Translations under genes and position numbers: made by a program
Notes under the pieces: generated by a model
The model's input: only the letters and a program-made list of their open reading frames with translations
Database searches by the model: none
What the model was told of the DNA's origin: nothing
Assembly: GCA_048013815.1 (NCBI GenBank)
Contig: CM106586.1
Coordinates: 15,562,001 to 15,626,000 of the forward strand
Length of the DNA: 64,000 nucleotides
Direction of reading: 5' to 3'
From: Setoptus koraiensis
Taxonomy: Eukaryota; Animalia; Arthropoda
Part shown: in pieces, positions 32,193 through 46,516 of the stretch
How the letters are laid out: each line of letters begins with the position of its first letter
Position numbering within the stretch: position 1 is the first letter of the stretch

Positions 32193-33666
32193 CTTTAAGA
32201 TGACGAAAACATTTAGTGGTGATCGCCAGAGATTTTACAGTTCCCAAACACGGGAACCTGTCGTAAAAATCACATGGTCAAAACACATGGCGTTTCTTTT
32301 CTATCGCTTCATAAGAGACTAGAGGACCGGCCACCAGACGTCACCTCGATCGTGCCTCAACAACTAAAGATAGATTCTGATTAAATGTGTTAAATTAAAT
32401 GTGGAGATGCTAGTTTCAAAAACCTGATGACCAGATAAAATTTATTGTGAGACTGAGATACGTACTAGTATCTCGACAATGGGGGCCTAAATCTTGCCCA
32501 CTCTATCGAGTACAGTTGTTTTGGGAAAATACTTTGAATTTCCGGTCTACCTCGATCGGTTGGGAGTTAAAAGATAATTTTTGTGAAGTACCTGTGCATT
32601 AATTGCATGTTGTCTATAGTGTGATTAGTTTTTTGTCATCTCTATTTTCGTCATACATCATGAATGAGACAATATTGTTCACAGGTAATATAAGTCCCTG
32701 TGAGCAGAAAAACAGGTTTTCATAACTGCTGTCAGTTCATTGGCAAAACTTCGAAAATATATTTAATTTAGAACAGGCAGTTCATTGTGAGAATTTAGTT
32801 ATCGGGAAAAATTGTTTAAATTAACGGCATGTGACATCTATACTTATTATCGTGCTCATACATCGTTTAACGGACGTGAGGCCTCGTTGGTCAACAGCGC
32901 TGCGGGGCTCCTGATGCGCCCATCCCTCTCTAGTCCGATACCGTCGCACCCTCAGTTGAATAACCTTAGTTAATGAATGCTCCAGTTTCGTTTTATCACT
33001 AAACAACAATGATTTGATTGTTTGTAGTTGGTAGGCTCTATCATATAATAAAGAATGATCCGATTCGTTTTAACAGGTGTAATCAAGCAATCAATTAGCG
33101 GAAGGAGCAACAAATGGATGTATTGTCTGCAGTTTTTTGACAATTCTTTTATGTTTAAATTTAAATATAACCAGTCTAGGCGTGTTAAAGCCATTCAGAT
33201 GGATTAATAAGTGTTACAACAGTATCTACGCATCAATTTACTTATCGATTCCTCCATGAAAATGGATTGAGAGGAACGCCCAAGTGCCACTCGCTGGATG
33301 AATTGTTTAATTGATATATTAATTTGCATCGTCGAAACATCAACTCTTTGAAACCTATCAATTTACTTGTTGGACTATTTCGAAAGATATGTGGAACGAT
33401 TCATGAGCTACCCGAAAAAAAAAAATCAAAAAGTTTCAAATCCTAACAGTGCAGCCACGAATCTTGTTCAAAAAGTTGAGCTCTTCTCTATTTCGTATCG
33501 ACAATAATTATAAAACAGTTATATGATTACATCTCATTCCAAAGTGACATTAGACTATCACTATATATTTGTGAGCAGGAAGATCAAGCTAATTGAATAC
33601 GAAAGAGATAAGAAATTCCCACTTCGAATGATTAATACAATTGCTCATCTTTGTTTTTCGAGAAGA

Positions 33667-36600
33667 ATGTTCAACATCCAGCGTTTATGTATCAGTATAC
33701 CTGCTCTCTATGTAATATTCCTGGATAGTCTACTCGTGGCGCAACTGGAATCTAGATCCGTCACAAGTTCTATTCCAAATGCTCTCACTTCCGCCTCAGC
33801 CTCAGCACCCACATCTCTGTCATCGTCTTCCAATGGTTTGGATTCTAGAGCAAACGGATTAAATTCTCGCTATTTAAATCCGGCCGGATCCTCAGTGGTG
33901 ACGCCGGGCGTTACATCATCACAAAATAATAATGGCCTCCAGCAACAGCAAGTGTCGATCGCGAGCAATCTTCAGCAAAGTAGCAACTCTAATCAGCAGC
34001 TGCAACAACAAAACAACAACTTAGAGTTGAATTTGCAAAGATTGCCGATGAATGCAACTCCAATGTTGAGCACTACATATAGTTATAATGGAAACATTGG
34101 CCAATATGTACCAGGCGACATATCGGCAAGCGGTGTTTTATTTAAACCAAATAGCAACAATAATCTAAATCTGAATATGCCCTACGGACAGTATAACCAG
34201 ATTAGGCCATTGTCAACAATTGCCTCATTAGTTTCTACGCCAAATAGCAACCAATTCACCTACGTCGGCCAGAATGGTGGCCTAAGCAATCAGTGGCCGA
34301 ATAATAATAATCTCTTTACTGGCAGTTCTAACGGCAACTACAACAATTTCATGCGCAATAATCAAAGAAACAATCAGAACGGCAATTTGTTTACTCGTCC
34401 GAATCCATATCACCATTCAATGATGAACCAATTGAGTCACATGAACAACTTGATGAGGCAACCAATAAATTCTGTGAACAATCACATAATTACAGATGCC
34501 GTAACTGGCGCCGATGACTACTATCAACAATTGGATCAGAATCAGTACTCCATTAGTTCAAATAATCAACAGCAGAGTTCATTCAATAACTTGGATGGAA
34601 ATTATGCAAACAATGTGGCACAAATAGATCCATTTATTGGTTCGTCAGCATCAAATTTGGTTCCGACAATACAAATGCCAACCCCAGGATTTGGTGGCTA
34701 CTTAGACAATTACAAGGGCAACGATCAGTGTATATCGGCAGACAATAGACACGGAACCTGCTACCCAGCCAGCGAATGTATGAAACGAGGTGGAACTCCA
34801 ATGGGCAAGTGTGGAGGTCCTAGCGATCTTGCAAGCTCAGGCTCCGTTTGTTGTTCATGTAAGTTAACAAAGTTACGTATATTACCTGAAGCAAACTAGT
34901 AGAGAGTCGAGTTTTCTATCTAATTTGCCGATTTCATTTGTCATTTGCCTTCTACTCACTTTGCCATTCAGTTGAGCTCTCCTGTGGTCAATTTGCCGCA
35001 GAACGTTTTGTCTACTTCCGTAACCCAAACTATCCAATGAGTTTTGATCAATCGCGAATGTGTCGTGCCCGGATAGGAAAGTTAGACAAAGGAATATGCC
35101 AATTGAGGCTGGACTTCATACGCTTCGATTTGGCGCGGCCCACTAATGGAAACTGTTCAACTGATATGTTTGTGATAACTGGACAAAACGAGAACAGCGT
35201 AATACCAAAGATCTGTGGTCTAAACGATGGACAACATTGTAAGTTGCTTTATGTATCGTTACTTTCCTTTCATTTACTTTTTCAATCAAAAAACAAACTT
35301 ATCAAAATACCAAATCCATTATTGTCTTCTCAAAATGAAATCCAGATTACGTGGGCGTTGACGAGTCGAGCATGATCACTTTACATATGTTGATGTTGGG
35401 CGCTCATAGGCGCCAATTTGAGATACTTATCACCCAGATACCGTGTAGGTCGGATTATGCAGGTATGTTTTCCTAATGGCACATTCTTTTAGATTTCTAG
35501 AAAGTCTTCATACGTGATGTTCAATGACACCACGAGAGGGTGTGTTGATATATAAAATAACTTGAATGGACACTTCTCATTTGGGCAACAACAATATTAA
35601 TATATATTTTGCTTTATGCCTCTGTCTAAAACTGTAGCACCGTCACACTGTTTGCAGTACTACATGGGTACAAATGGCGCGATAAAAAGTTTCAACTACG
35701 ATGACGATTTCAATATTTACCAACAACAACACCTTGTTTCTGGCCAGCAAGACGGTACTCCAATAATAGTGGACAACTATTCGTTGGCGTCAATCAATAG
35801 CGGCCAATTTGCACCTTACTCCACAAATCAGTTGGCGAATTCGCTAGTTAACGCAGGACAGCAACAGCGCAATCCGTTTGGATCGCTACAGAATCCCGGA
35901 TGGACACAGGCCACAAATAGGTTCGGGGCCACTGGCTACGACATATCACACCAGCAACAGCAAACTGATTGGCCAGTTACAGGCGGCGGATATCCGAATG
36001 ATCTGGATTATAGTATGTGCATCAGAAAAGAATCGGGTTTTTGTTCCATAACTTATCTGCTGTCACGATCTGATATGGGTCTAACCCAGCCTTTCGCCAT
36101 AGGCCACCAACCGTTGACTGGCTCAACTCTCGACAATTTTGCCAATTTCGCCAACAACGATACCCAACAACATCAGACAGTACCCTCAGATGACAATTTG
36201 GTTTCAACCGAATGCCGTGACGATTATCTACTAATTGGAGGTGTGCGTTTATGTAGCGGTAACGCCGCTTCAACCGGAAGTGGCAATAGTTTGCGCGGAC
36301 AGCAACAACAACAGCTACATTTGCAACAGCAAGCCTCTTTTGTTAATGGCACATCATCGTCGTTGCCATTGTCTTCGGTTGGTACCCAACAACAATCCTT
36401 GGGTGCAGTATGGTTGGCAAATCTGCGAGAGCAACAGGCAATTCTGCAACAACAATTGATCAGGTTGCAACAGCAGAAACACTACAGTTCAACAAATCAA
36501 GGAAATCACACAAACATATCGATAGTTTCGGCTAACAATAACAACAGTCTACCACAAACTATTAATAGCACTGATTTAGATCAGCAACAGCAACAACTGC

Positions 36601-36803
36601 AAGCTCAATTGCAAAGTTTGATGATATTGCAACAGCAGCTAGTAAGCCAACAACAGCAACAACATTATAGCGACCAGCAGAGTGGTGGTGTTATTATCAC
36701 CGACGATACATCGGGTCCATTTATATTGCGTTTCGTTTCTAATATGGCAAGAAATGCGCGCGGATTCCATTTAGAGTATAGACAAAATCCCTGTAACAAG
36801 TGA
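33667..36803 (+). CDS. Secreted CUB-domain protein; join(33667..34858,34972..35238,35346..35462,35638..36803)
   Basis: Signal-like N-terminus; GTCY..SEC..RGG..MGKC..SVCC; YFRNPNYP; ICQLRLDFIRFDL; PKICGLNDGQHYYV; ITQIPC; CLQYYMG.NG.IKSFNY; DYSMCIRKESGFCSI; GFHLEYRQNPC. The start could also be 33628. Confidence 0.88.
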
Positions 36804-37878
36804 AACAGACAATTTGTATATGATTCCCTTCAGATAATTGGTCTAAATCAGCATCAATTAAGATAAATCAATTGATAGTTTAATATTTGATTTGGCGAAA
36901 GATTTGACGAGTTCCTGCACTCGCTAACCATTCCATCCACTATTCACAATGACCGTCGCGATCAGAAGAAACAGGTTGTCAGAGTATAACCTATTCTTGT
37001 TGATGTCAAGTGATAAGATTTGGTACGTACAAACATTGTATTGTAGCTACTCATCAAAGACATTATTGTAACACAAACACAGAATTATTTTGACAAATTA
37101 TTTAATATTTAATTACTAAAACTTATCGGCCTCTCTTGTGGATGCTTAGATGACATCTATATTTATCAATCGTGCATATTGTGGAGTATCTTCTGACTGC
37201 TTCTACTCGAAACCTCATTACACAAGGGGATTAGAGTTATCAGAGATATCAGAAAGAAAACAACATCACATGAGGAAGTCGATACTCCGAAGAGTCGAGT
37301 TATATCGGATATCAGATAGTTCTTTTATTTTGTGCATTCATTTCGAGCAATATCTTAAAAACAGCGCCTCGGTTTAGATAGCGATCTTAGAAAGGGATAT
37401 AAACAATTTCCTAAAGTTTTCTCTTGTTTTGTTTGTACGCTATTGGTGATTTTGCTTACTAGAAAATGGAAACATTATGGGTCTGATGTAATAACAGCTT
37501 TGGTTCACCTAGCATAAATCGTTTGTGCCTTTATCAATTGGACTTCATGTATCACCGGGGAATTTGATCATTGTTGCATGGTAAATTTGAAAATCAGTTT
37601 CTCGATGGGTAGTTTCACCAAAACTACTAATCTCATCTTGAGTGTGGTTTTATAAAGATTCTTTCCATTTTTTCTGTAGTCCCCTCAGCTAGATTACCCA
37701 AAGAGGCATCTATCTCTCAATAGTGCTCTTATTTGGTCCTGTATTTATGTTATATTTTCTGACAAAATTTTGCAACGGTTAAAAAATCTTGAGTTGGGGT
37801 CATGGTCAGTTCTATTGTTGTCAAAATTTCTTAGAGGAAAACTTTAATCAAACGATCAATTGACGCGCTCAAGTAGTT

Positions 37879-39330
37879 CTATAATTTAGTTGACTCGAGT
37901 TCCTCCACGTTCAATGCGCAATCCAGCCTAGCATCCATTGATTTATTAAGATGCTTTTTGTCTCGGAATTCATTTAACTCTGATGACAATCTGCGATTAT
38001 TTACTCCTGCCATATCTAGCGCTCTTAATAGTGTTTTTTCCAAGTGTTTATTCCTGTATTTACCACCGACATAATTCAACAGTTTATCTAATATAACTTT
38101 GACTAGGACAACCTGGCCATCTCGTGAGATCACTAAAATACCCTGTCCATTTATTTCCGCGACAGCACAACATATTATGTTTAATGTAATTGTCACTTGA
38201 AAAAGTATATCGCTGTTAGTGGTATCACAAACAAACATCTGACCATATTTTGTCGTGATATATGCTAAATTCAACTCTTTCTGTCGAGCGCATACTATTG
38301 AAGTGGGGACATCACAGTCAGACCATCTACTATTGATCTTTATAGATTGTGCGGGATCCCGATGACACATAGTATTGACTACAGTTGGCATGTCAATAAA
38401 ATAAACTTTTATAGATTCTCCTATCTTATTGGCAGCAATAAGGGTTGTATAATTGGCATTGGTTGGAACTAGTGTTTTGTTTTTAGTCTTTGGCTTGTTC
38501 AACGGTGTTGAGAATGCAACCGCATGTGCTTCGATTGTTTGGGAACGTTTGCGTAGGCAACAGTAAATCTGTACAAGCCCGCAAATGTTTTCTTCTATTG
38601 ATCCCTCTTTCGAGTCTGACTGGTAATTATCCAGAGAGTCGTTTGTCATGAAAGAAAATCGATTGCTAGTGAGTGTGGAATTGGTGTTGGATTTCTTTCG
38701 ATACTCCAGGTAAGTTGTCAGTCCGCTTAGAGCAAATATGTTGCAACTAGCGTCTCGCTGTATGCTAGTAATCTGACATAATGAGGTTAGTTTGGGGTCG
38801 CAATCGAATTCCTTGTTCAAATTGAGAGACTTTGATCTATTGGTTATAGCAGAGTGGGCGAAGTGATTGATCTGAGGCTGTGTTATGCAACAAGTATACA
38901 CATGTTTCTGAGAGATGATTCCTAAGGTCACTTGATCAATCCATTGCCAATGGATAACGTCTCCCATGGTTAATCCATTCGCTGAAAGATTGACTTCTCT
39001 AACAATGTTCGCATATTCGCATTTGGTATTATCTACAAGATCAATTATGATAATTTTATTATCATTTGACAAAGCTATATATTGCATGTTCTCATTGACC
39101 TGAGCACAATCGCAATTGTCAAGTATATCGGTGCTGAGTAAAAATTCGTAAGACTCTTGATCGGTTATTAACTTGATGGTAGAATTGCTACAGCAACAAA
39201 TACAACGTGAAGAGGTAGACTTGACCTTAGCCCAACTAATATCATCGCGCGTGAGACCAACATCGGTGAGTTTTACAAGTTCCGTTATCTCGACAAGGTT
39301 GTCCCCATTGTCATCGATTGATTGGTCCAT
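37879..39330 (-). CDS. Stand-alone, divergent clathrin heavy chain terminal domain (beta-propeller plus linker start), intronless, 483 aa
   Basis: Colinear with CLTC residues about 1-365: DVIHWQWI~DVTFWKWI, GLVQIYC~GAMQLYS, SQTIEAHAVAF~SQPIEGHAASF, DVPTSI~DFPVAM, TTKYGQMFVCD~ITKYGYIHLYD, SRDGQVVLV~NRKGQVLSV. Stop after about 40 further residues. Confidence 0.82.
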   Translation of the reverse strand: MDQSIDDNGDNLVEITELVKLTDVGLTRDDISWAKVKSTSSRCICCCSNSTIKLITDQESYEFLLSTDILDNCDCAQVNENMQYIALSNDNKIIIIDLVDNTKCEYANIVREVNLSANGLTMGDVIHWQWIDQVTLGIISQKHVYTCCITQPQINHFAHSAITNRSKSLNLNKEFDCDPKLTSLCQITSIQRDASCNIFALSGLTTYLEYRKKSNTNSTLTSNRFSFMTNDSLDNYQSDSKEGSIEENICGLVQIYCCLRKRSQTIEAHAVAFSTPLNKPKTKNKTLVPTNANYTTLIAANKIGESIKVYFIDMPTVVNTMCHRDPAQSIKINSRWSDCDVPTSIVCARQKELNLAYITTKYGQMFVCDTTNSDILFQVTITLNIICCAVAEINGQGILVISRDGQVVLVKVILDKLLNYVGGKYRNKHLEKTLLRALDMAGVNNRRLSSELNEFRDKKHLNKSMDARLDCALNVEELESTKL

Positions 39331-40909
39331 TTTGAGATGCAAGATTTCAAAGATTTCTCAGTAATTATAGTGATTTCAGATGACCACAACGGAATATTCC
39401 GTTTCGGAGCAATAAATGTTTGTTTATGATCATGCCTGCATCGTGATGAAGGCTTACTCAATTCTCATATAGTCCTGTTTAGATACATTGAATGAGATTA
39501 ACAGGAGACGAGACTTCTTGGGCGTGACCTCAAAATAAAAAACATTCATTTATTCTGATGATTTGAAAAAATAATTAAGTTCGATACGGTTGATGAAAGG
39601 CCATTTAGCTCGGTTTGCGTGTATTGCGTTGTATATTGTTCAGCGTGTGTTGAAACAATTTGACAAATGTATTGTTTTTCACTTTTAGAAAATCTATTCT
39701 TCTTTATTTTATCGCCATATTAAAATAATGATGGTTGTAATACGCCCCCGTGGCAATGAAAGGACTGCTGCGATACATTGCACAATCGTTTGTTGGAACG
39801 ACGGCAATAATTCATTGATTGTGACCAAGTGATGACATCTTTTTTGAATTATATTACAAATGTTGCTGGTGCAAAAAATATCCTCTCAAGTTATTATTTA
39901 CTGTAGAGTATTGAGTTTCAGAGAATTGATTGACAGAGGGAGGTTTTGTTCTCGAACAGAATCTCTTCAAACTTGTTGAATGTGTTCTTCAAACTGGCGT
40001 CAGAAGGAAATAGTTGTAAATAATACGCTAGCCGGCATTTGTTTATTTAAAATAGGGATGGGTGATGTTTTAACAAGTTGTACATTATGTAAACAGGATA
40101 AATGATTTTTAAAGTCAACAAACTGATGCAGTTTTTAGCTGGTTGTGCGGTTAGCCGCGGCCCGGCCCGACACGACATCGATCGAAGCGACTGCGTGAAT
40201 CTCGGCGATTGAATGATCGAAGTCTTGCAAATAATCATTAAATTTTGCCATAAGGGGTCTCGCATCGATCTAAATCAATTCACAGTTACGTTGTTGCGAA
40301 TACTACCTATATTAAACAATATAGATATGCAAATTGGACGAGGGGCGGGACGGCTCAATATTTTCGCTGAGGTAGGGTTACCCGTGGTCATAAGCATCGT
40401 TGGTCGCTACTTTAATTTTCTTGTTAGTCTTGTTTTTCAGCATAACCGCTGCATGAGTTTCTCACATACACACAAGAATGATGGTGCGAAATCAAATCGT
40501 GTAAAGTTTGAAATCGGCGCTATTCTTGTGAATAGGGCAATTAAATTGTTCGCATTTCAGCGAGTCTACCGTACAAAAGCTGACGACATGAACAGTTGAC
40601 AGGAGGCTAAGCGGGGGAAAGCACTCAGCACACACAGATTCATTTGCAGCGAACAGACACACCTACAAAACTGGAGTTGAGCCAACAGAGGGGAGGCCAG
40701 TAGGTAAAGCTAATAAATAATAAATGATGATAATAACAATAATAACAATTATGACTCCGTCCCAGGCAACAGGAGTTTTCTTCCAGAGATTTGCCGAAAT
40801 GCTCAACATTTTGTTTTAATTTCAATAATTATTTCATTTTGAATCAACAAGCAAGCGGAAAAATATTTTTGTTTATCATTCACCTATTAATATTCACTCA
40901 CAGAAAAAA

Positions 40910-42814
<1,905 letters not shown>

Positions 42815-43637
42815 TACGTCCGTACACTTAAATATCTAACCATCTGATGAATGAACCACGTAAAGAATAAATAATTTAATGTACTGAAATAAAAACATTT
42901 CTCACATGTAGACCTTTCTCATTTACATATATTTCATAATTGAAATTAGACTAGCACAAGGTATAGATCTTGATCCTCTGAGGAAAGTTATAGTTTTACC
43001 ATTTTTCTATGCGATTTTTTCTTACAAAAAAAAAATGCGTCATGAGCCATGACAATACTTGCAATAGTACAAATCTATTCTTCTGATGTGCAATCGGTTG
43101 ATGCGTAATTCACTGAGTTTTAGAGAACCAATAAAGTGATAAATGTTCATTGTAGGATAAACTGACAGCATTGCAGTTTTTCGCTGACGGCAAGGTTTTT
43201 CTCGAGCAAAAACTGCTGCAATTCACAAAGGATCTGATTGTTTTTACATAACGTCATCAATTGATGTTAAACATATATCTTGGCGTCACTGTACACCAGG
43301 TGAGTCAATGCTCCCGAGCGACTACACTGGATTCCATAAGTAAACAATTGAAGAACGTTAACGCATGTGGAAAAAGTTGCCGCCCGTTGATCACAACAAT
43401 TACATCTGTTTTTGAGCGTGTCGGTTGTTGCGTGTGTGCATTTTCGCTCGATTAACAATAGTTCCTAAATGTGATATACGGCGTGGCTTTGATCAGACTA
43501 CCCCTTACATTGGATTACTGTCATCATTATTATATACCCATTAAATAGAGCGAAATCCAACAAGCCTATTTGCCCCGAAACAATTAAAAGGGGGCCATTC
43601 GTGTTGGAGGAGTGTACATAAGTCAATAGTAGAAATC

Positions 43638-45031
43638 ATGAAGATATGGTGAGTAGCTGACATTATCATTATCATTATTCATCCGGCAACGAATTATCCC
43701 ATCATACCTATCAACTGATAAAAATATCATCTCTATGTCTCTCAACCTCGATCCCCATCAGCATGGCGTCTGATTTCTTCTATCCCAACATGGGTGGAGT
43801 AGAATCTCATATTTGGCAACTAAGTCAATGCCTTCTAGAATTGAACCACAAAGTTATCGTCATCACTCATGCATATGATGATCGAGTTGGAGTCCGATAC
43901 ATGACTAACGGTATTAAAGTGTATTACCTGCCATTTTTATTATTTCCTGGACAAAGTATTATCTGGCCTCTGCTATTTCACACGTTCCCCATTGTTCGGT
44001 ATATTCTGATTAGAGAACAAGTCAATATTGTACATGGCCATTCTGCCTTCTCACCATTAGCACACGAAGTCATGTTTCACGCTAAAACTCTAGGCATTAA
44101 CACGGTCTTTACGGATCACTCTTTATTTGGATTCAACGATTGCGGAGCTATTGTCTTGAACAAGTTTTCTAAAATGTCGCTTATTTTATGCAATCATCTC
44201 ATATGCGTATCTCATATAGGAAAAGAAAATACAGCTTTAAGAGTTGGAGCCGACCCAAGAAAGATATGGGTTATACCCAATGCAGTCGACACACATGCTT
44301 TCACGCCAAATCCAAGCAAACGTGATAAGAAAAAGATTACTATTGTTATCAATAGTAGGCTTGTATATAGAAAAGGAATTGATCTCCTTGCCATGGTATT
44401 GCCAACTATTTGTCAGAGACATCAAAATATTCGTGTGCTTATAGCTGGCGATGGTCCCAAAAGAATATTGTTGGAGGAAGTGATCGAGAATCATCATCTA
44501 CAAGACAGAGTCAAACTCTTTGGTGCCGTCCCTCATGATCGCGTGCGTGATATTCTTGTTTGTGGTGATATATTTTTGAATGCCTCTTTGACGGAGGCAT
44601 TTTGTATGGCCATTGTTGAGGCGGCCTCCTGCGGCCTTCAAGTAGTTAGTACTAGTGTTGGAGGCATACCTGAAGTATTACCACCTAACCTTATCAAACT
44701 AACACAACCGTCAGTCGAAGGTTTGGTTGGTGGCGTAGAGAGAGCCATTCAAGACATAATTGAAGGTAAATGTGTACCACCTATTGTAGCACACCAAATT
44801 ATTAGCCGAAGTTACTGTTGGATGGATGTAGCTAGGCGCACGGAGCTTGTCTACAAAAGCGCCAATGAGGAGCCCATGGACAACCTTGAGCAAAGAATCA
44901 ACAAATTCAGGTGTTGCGGACTATTTTCCGGGTTGTTTTTTATTATACTGGCCCTAATTGAGAAATTCCTTCTAATAGTTTACGAATGGTTGACACCAGC
45001 CAAGGATATTGACATATGTCCCTCGTTTTAG
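43638..45031 (+). CDS. PIGA: GPI-GlcNAc transferase catalytic subunit; join(43638..43648,43762..45031)
   Basis: An 11-nt first exon ATGAAGATATG|GTGAGT plus CAG|C gives [67 protein letters not shown]. Confidence 0.96.
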
Positions 45032-45033
45032 CT

Positions 45034-45702
45034 TTAAGATATCCACCTCAGCCAAGAGACTCTCATCCTATCCCAAATATTTTGGATGTCGTCCAGGGCT
45101 GGTCGCACGTCCAGGAGAGCGAATCTATTTGTCTCAGCCTCAAGCGGTCCGTCATAATAATCTATTACATAATGTACGTCTTTTCCGCAACGATCCACTA
45201 TCCAATCATGCCTATCGAAGGGGAGTTCATAGCCTAACCATGAGCGTATGCGTGCCCTTGGGCTGAAATTTTTCGCGTCGCCATTGAATCTCTTCAATTT
45301 CGGCCCAACTGGGCATTCTTTGGCATGAAGATATTCCCATTTCAATATCTCTTGCCACGCGCTCTCGTTGTTAGCATTGTGTATTTTGATAATACTAGAC
45401 ATATCTTGTTGCTTGAATTTACTGTCCTCTGCAGCATTAACATGAGACTTCCAATCCCATCCCTTGCGGATCATGGCATTCCAGAACATTTGTTCGGAGG
45501 GGTATACCCAATTGCCTCCATCGGCCTTTGGGATTGTTGACTGTTCTCTCTCCTTAGATAAATCAAACGGTTGACCGGGCATCGGAGCCTGTCTAGCCTC
45601 CAAAGGCATCATGTTGTCAGGATTAATTTTCTCGCCGGCCATGGGGCACTCGCTTGCAGATGTTTTGGTTTGGCCGTGATCGACCGGGCATTTAGACGTC
45701 AT
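45034..45702 (-). CDS. HCCS: Holocytochrome c synthase, intronless, 222 aa
   Basis: CPV/CPM heme motifs; [18 protein letters not shown]; [17 protein letters not shown]; [19 protein letters not shown]; LDVRPALD. Confidence 0.96.
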   Translation of the reverse strand: MTSKCPVDHGQTKTSASECPMAGEKINPDNMMPLEARQAPMPGQPFDLSKEREQSTIPKADGGNWVYPSEQMFWNAMIRKGWDWKSHVNAAEDSKFKQQDMSSIIKIHNANNESAWQEILKWEYLHAKECPVGPKLKRFNGDAKNFSPRARIRSWLGYELPFDRHDWIVDRCGKDVHYVIDYYDGPLEAETNRFALLDVRPALDDIQNIWDRMRVSWLRWIS

Positions 45703-46492
45703 AATGATAATTTGTTAATTGAGGTCAATAGAAGAATAAAAATAATCCAAAATTGACAAATGGGCACGTTGTCTGAATTTCTATCCGATGTCTGTCAGTG
45801 TATCTAGAAAATTCACGAATTCATGTGGATCGCTCGTGTATGCCTGTCCTCGTGAGGTCATGTGCACCAAGCCATGTGTGCTATGGTGAAAAAGAAAATA
45901 ATGGGATCGACCGGTAGAGGTCGCATGAGTAGCCGAACCCAAGCATGTCTCACTCTTATACGGCGTACGTGCGGCGCACATATCCCTTGTTATTAGGATG
46001 ATGGATTTTGCTCGTGATCGCGACCATGAGTGTCGCTATAAGATCATGTTAATCCTTGCAGGATCCTCTTTCCCGGATGTACGCCGGACATTTGATTTCG
46101 ACGATTGTACTAATTATGAATCAGGTGGCAACTCGGTGAGAATTTGTGCAAAATGAGAGTTGTTTTCGTAATGTGCCTGTGTGAAAAGACCCAACAGCCA
46201 TGAGATTGTTGCCGAAAAGCAAACAATGAGCCCGGTGTGTTTGAGTCGCTAGTAAAGCACGTACAACTACTCCACAATATACTTTCAGTGGCCTTGTTTG
46301 GCTTCACGCACCATTTTGACGTCTCACACTGTCATTAACGTTACGTAACTCGCGATATAGCGTCTGAGCGCTAGATCGCGCGAGGACAGCGGCTGCAGAT
46401 TGTGTTCATTTCACTCAACCGGAGCTAGATATTCAGCCCGTGCGACAACCAGCTAACTGGAGCGTTATGTAAGAAGCAAACATAAATACAAC

Positions 46493-46516
46493 AGAGAGAG
46501 AGAGAGAGAGAGAGAG
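46493..46516. repeat. (AG)12 microsatellite
   Basis: Read directly, between the HCCS and alpha2delta starts. Confidence 0.9.

Noticed and set aside
32860-32960. Short GC-rich island as a spliceosomal, SRP or RNase P RNA
   Set aside because: None of the conserved motifs I recall is present; more likely promoter or 5' UTR of the CUB gene.
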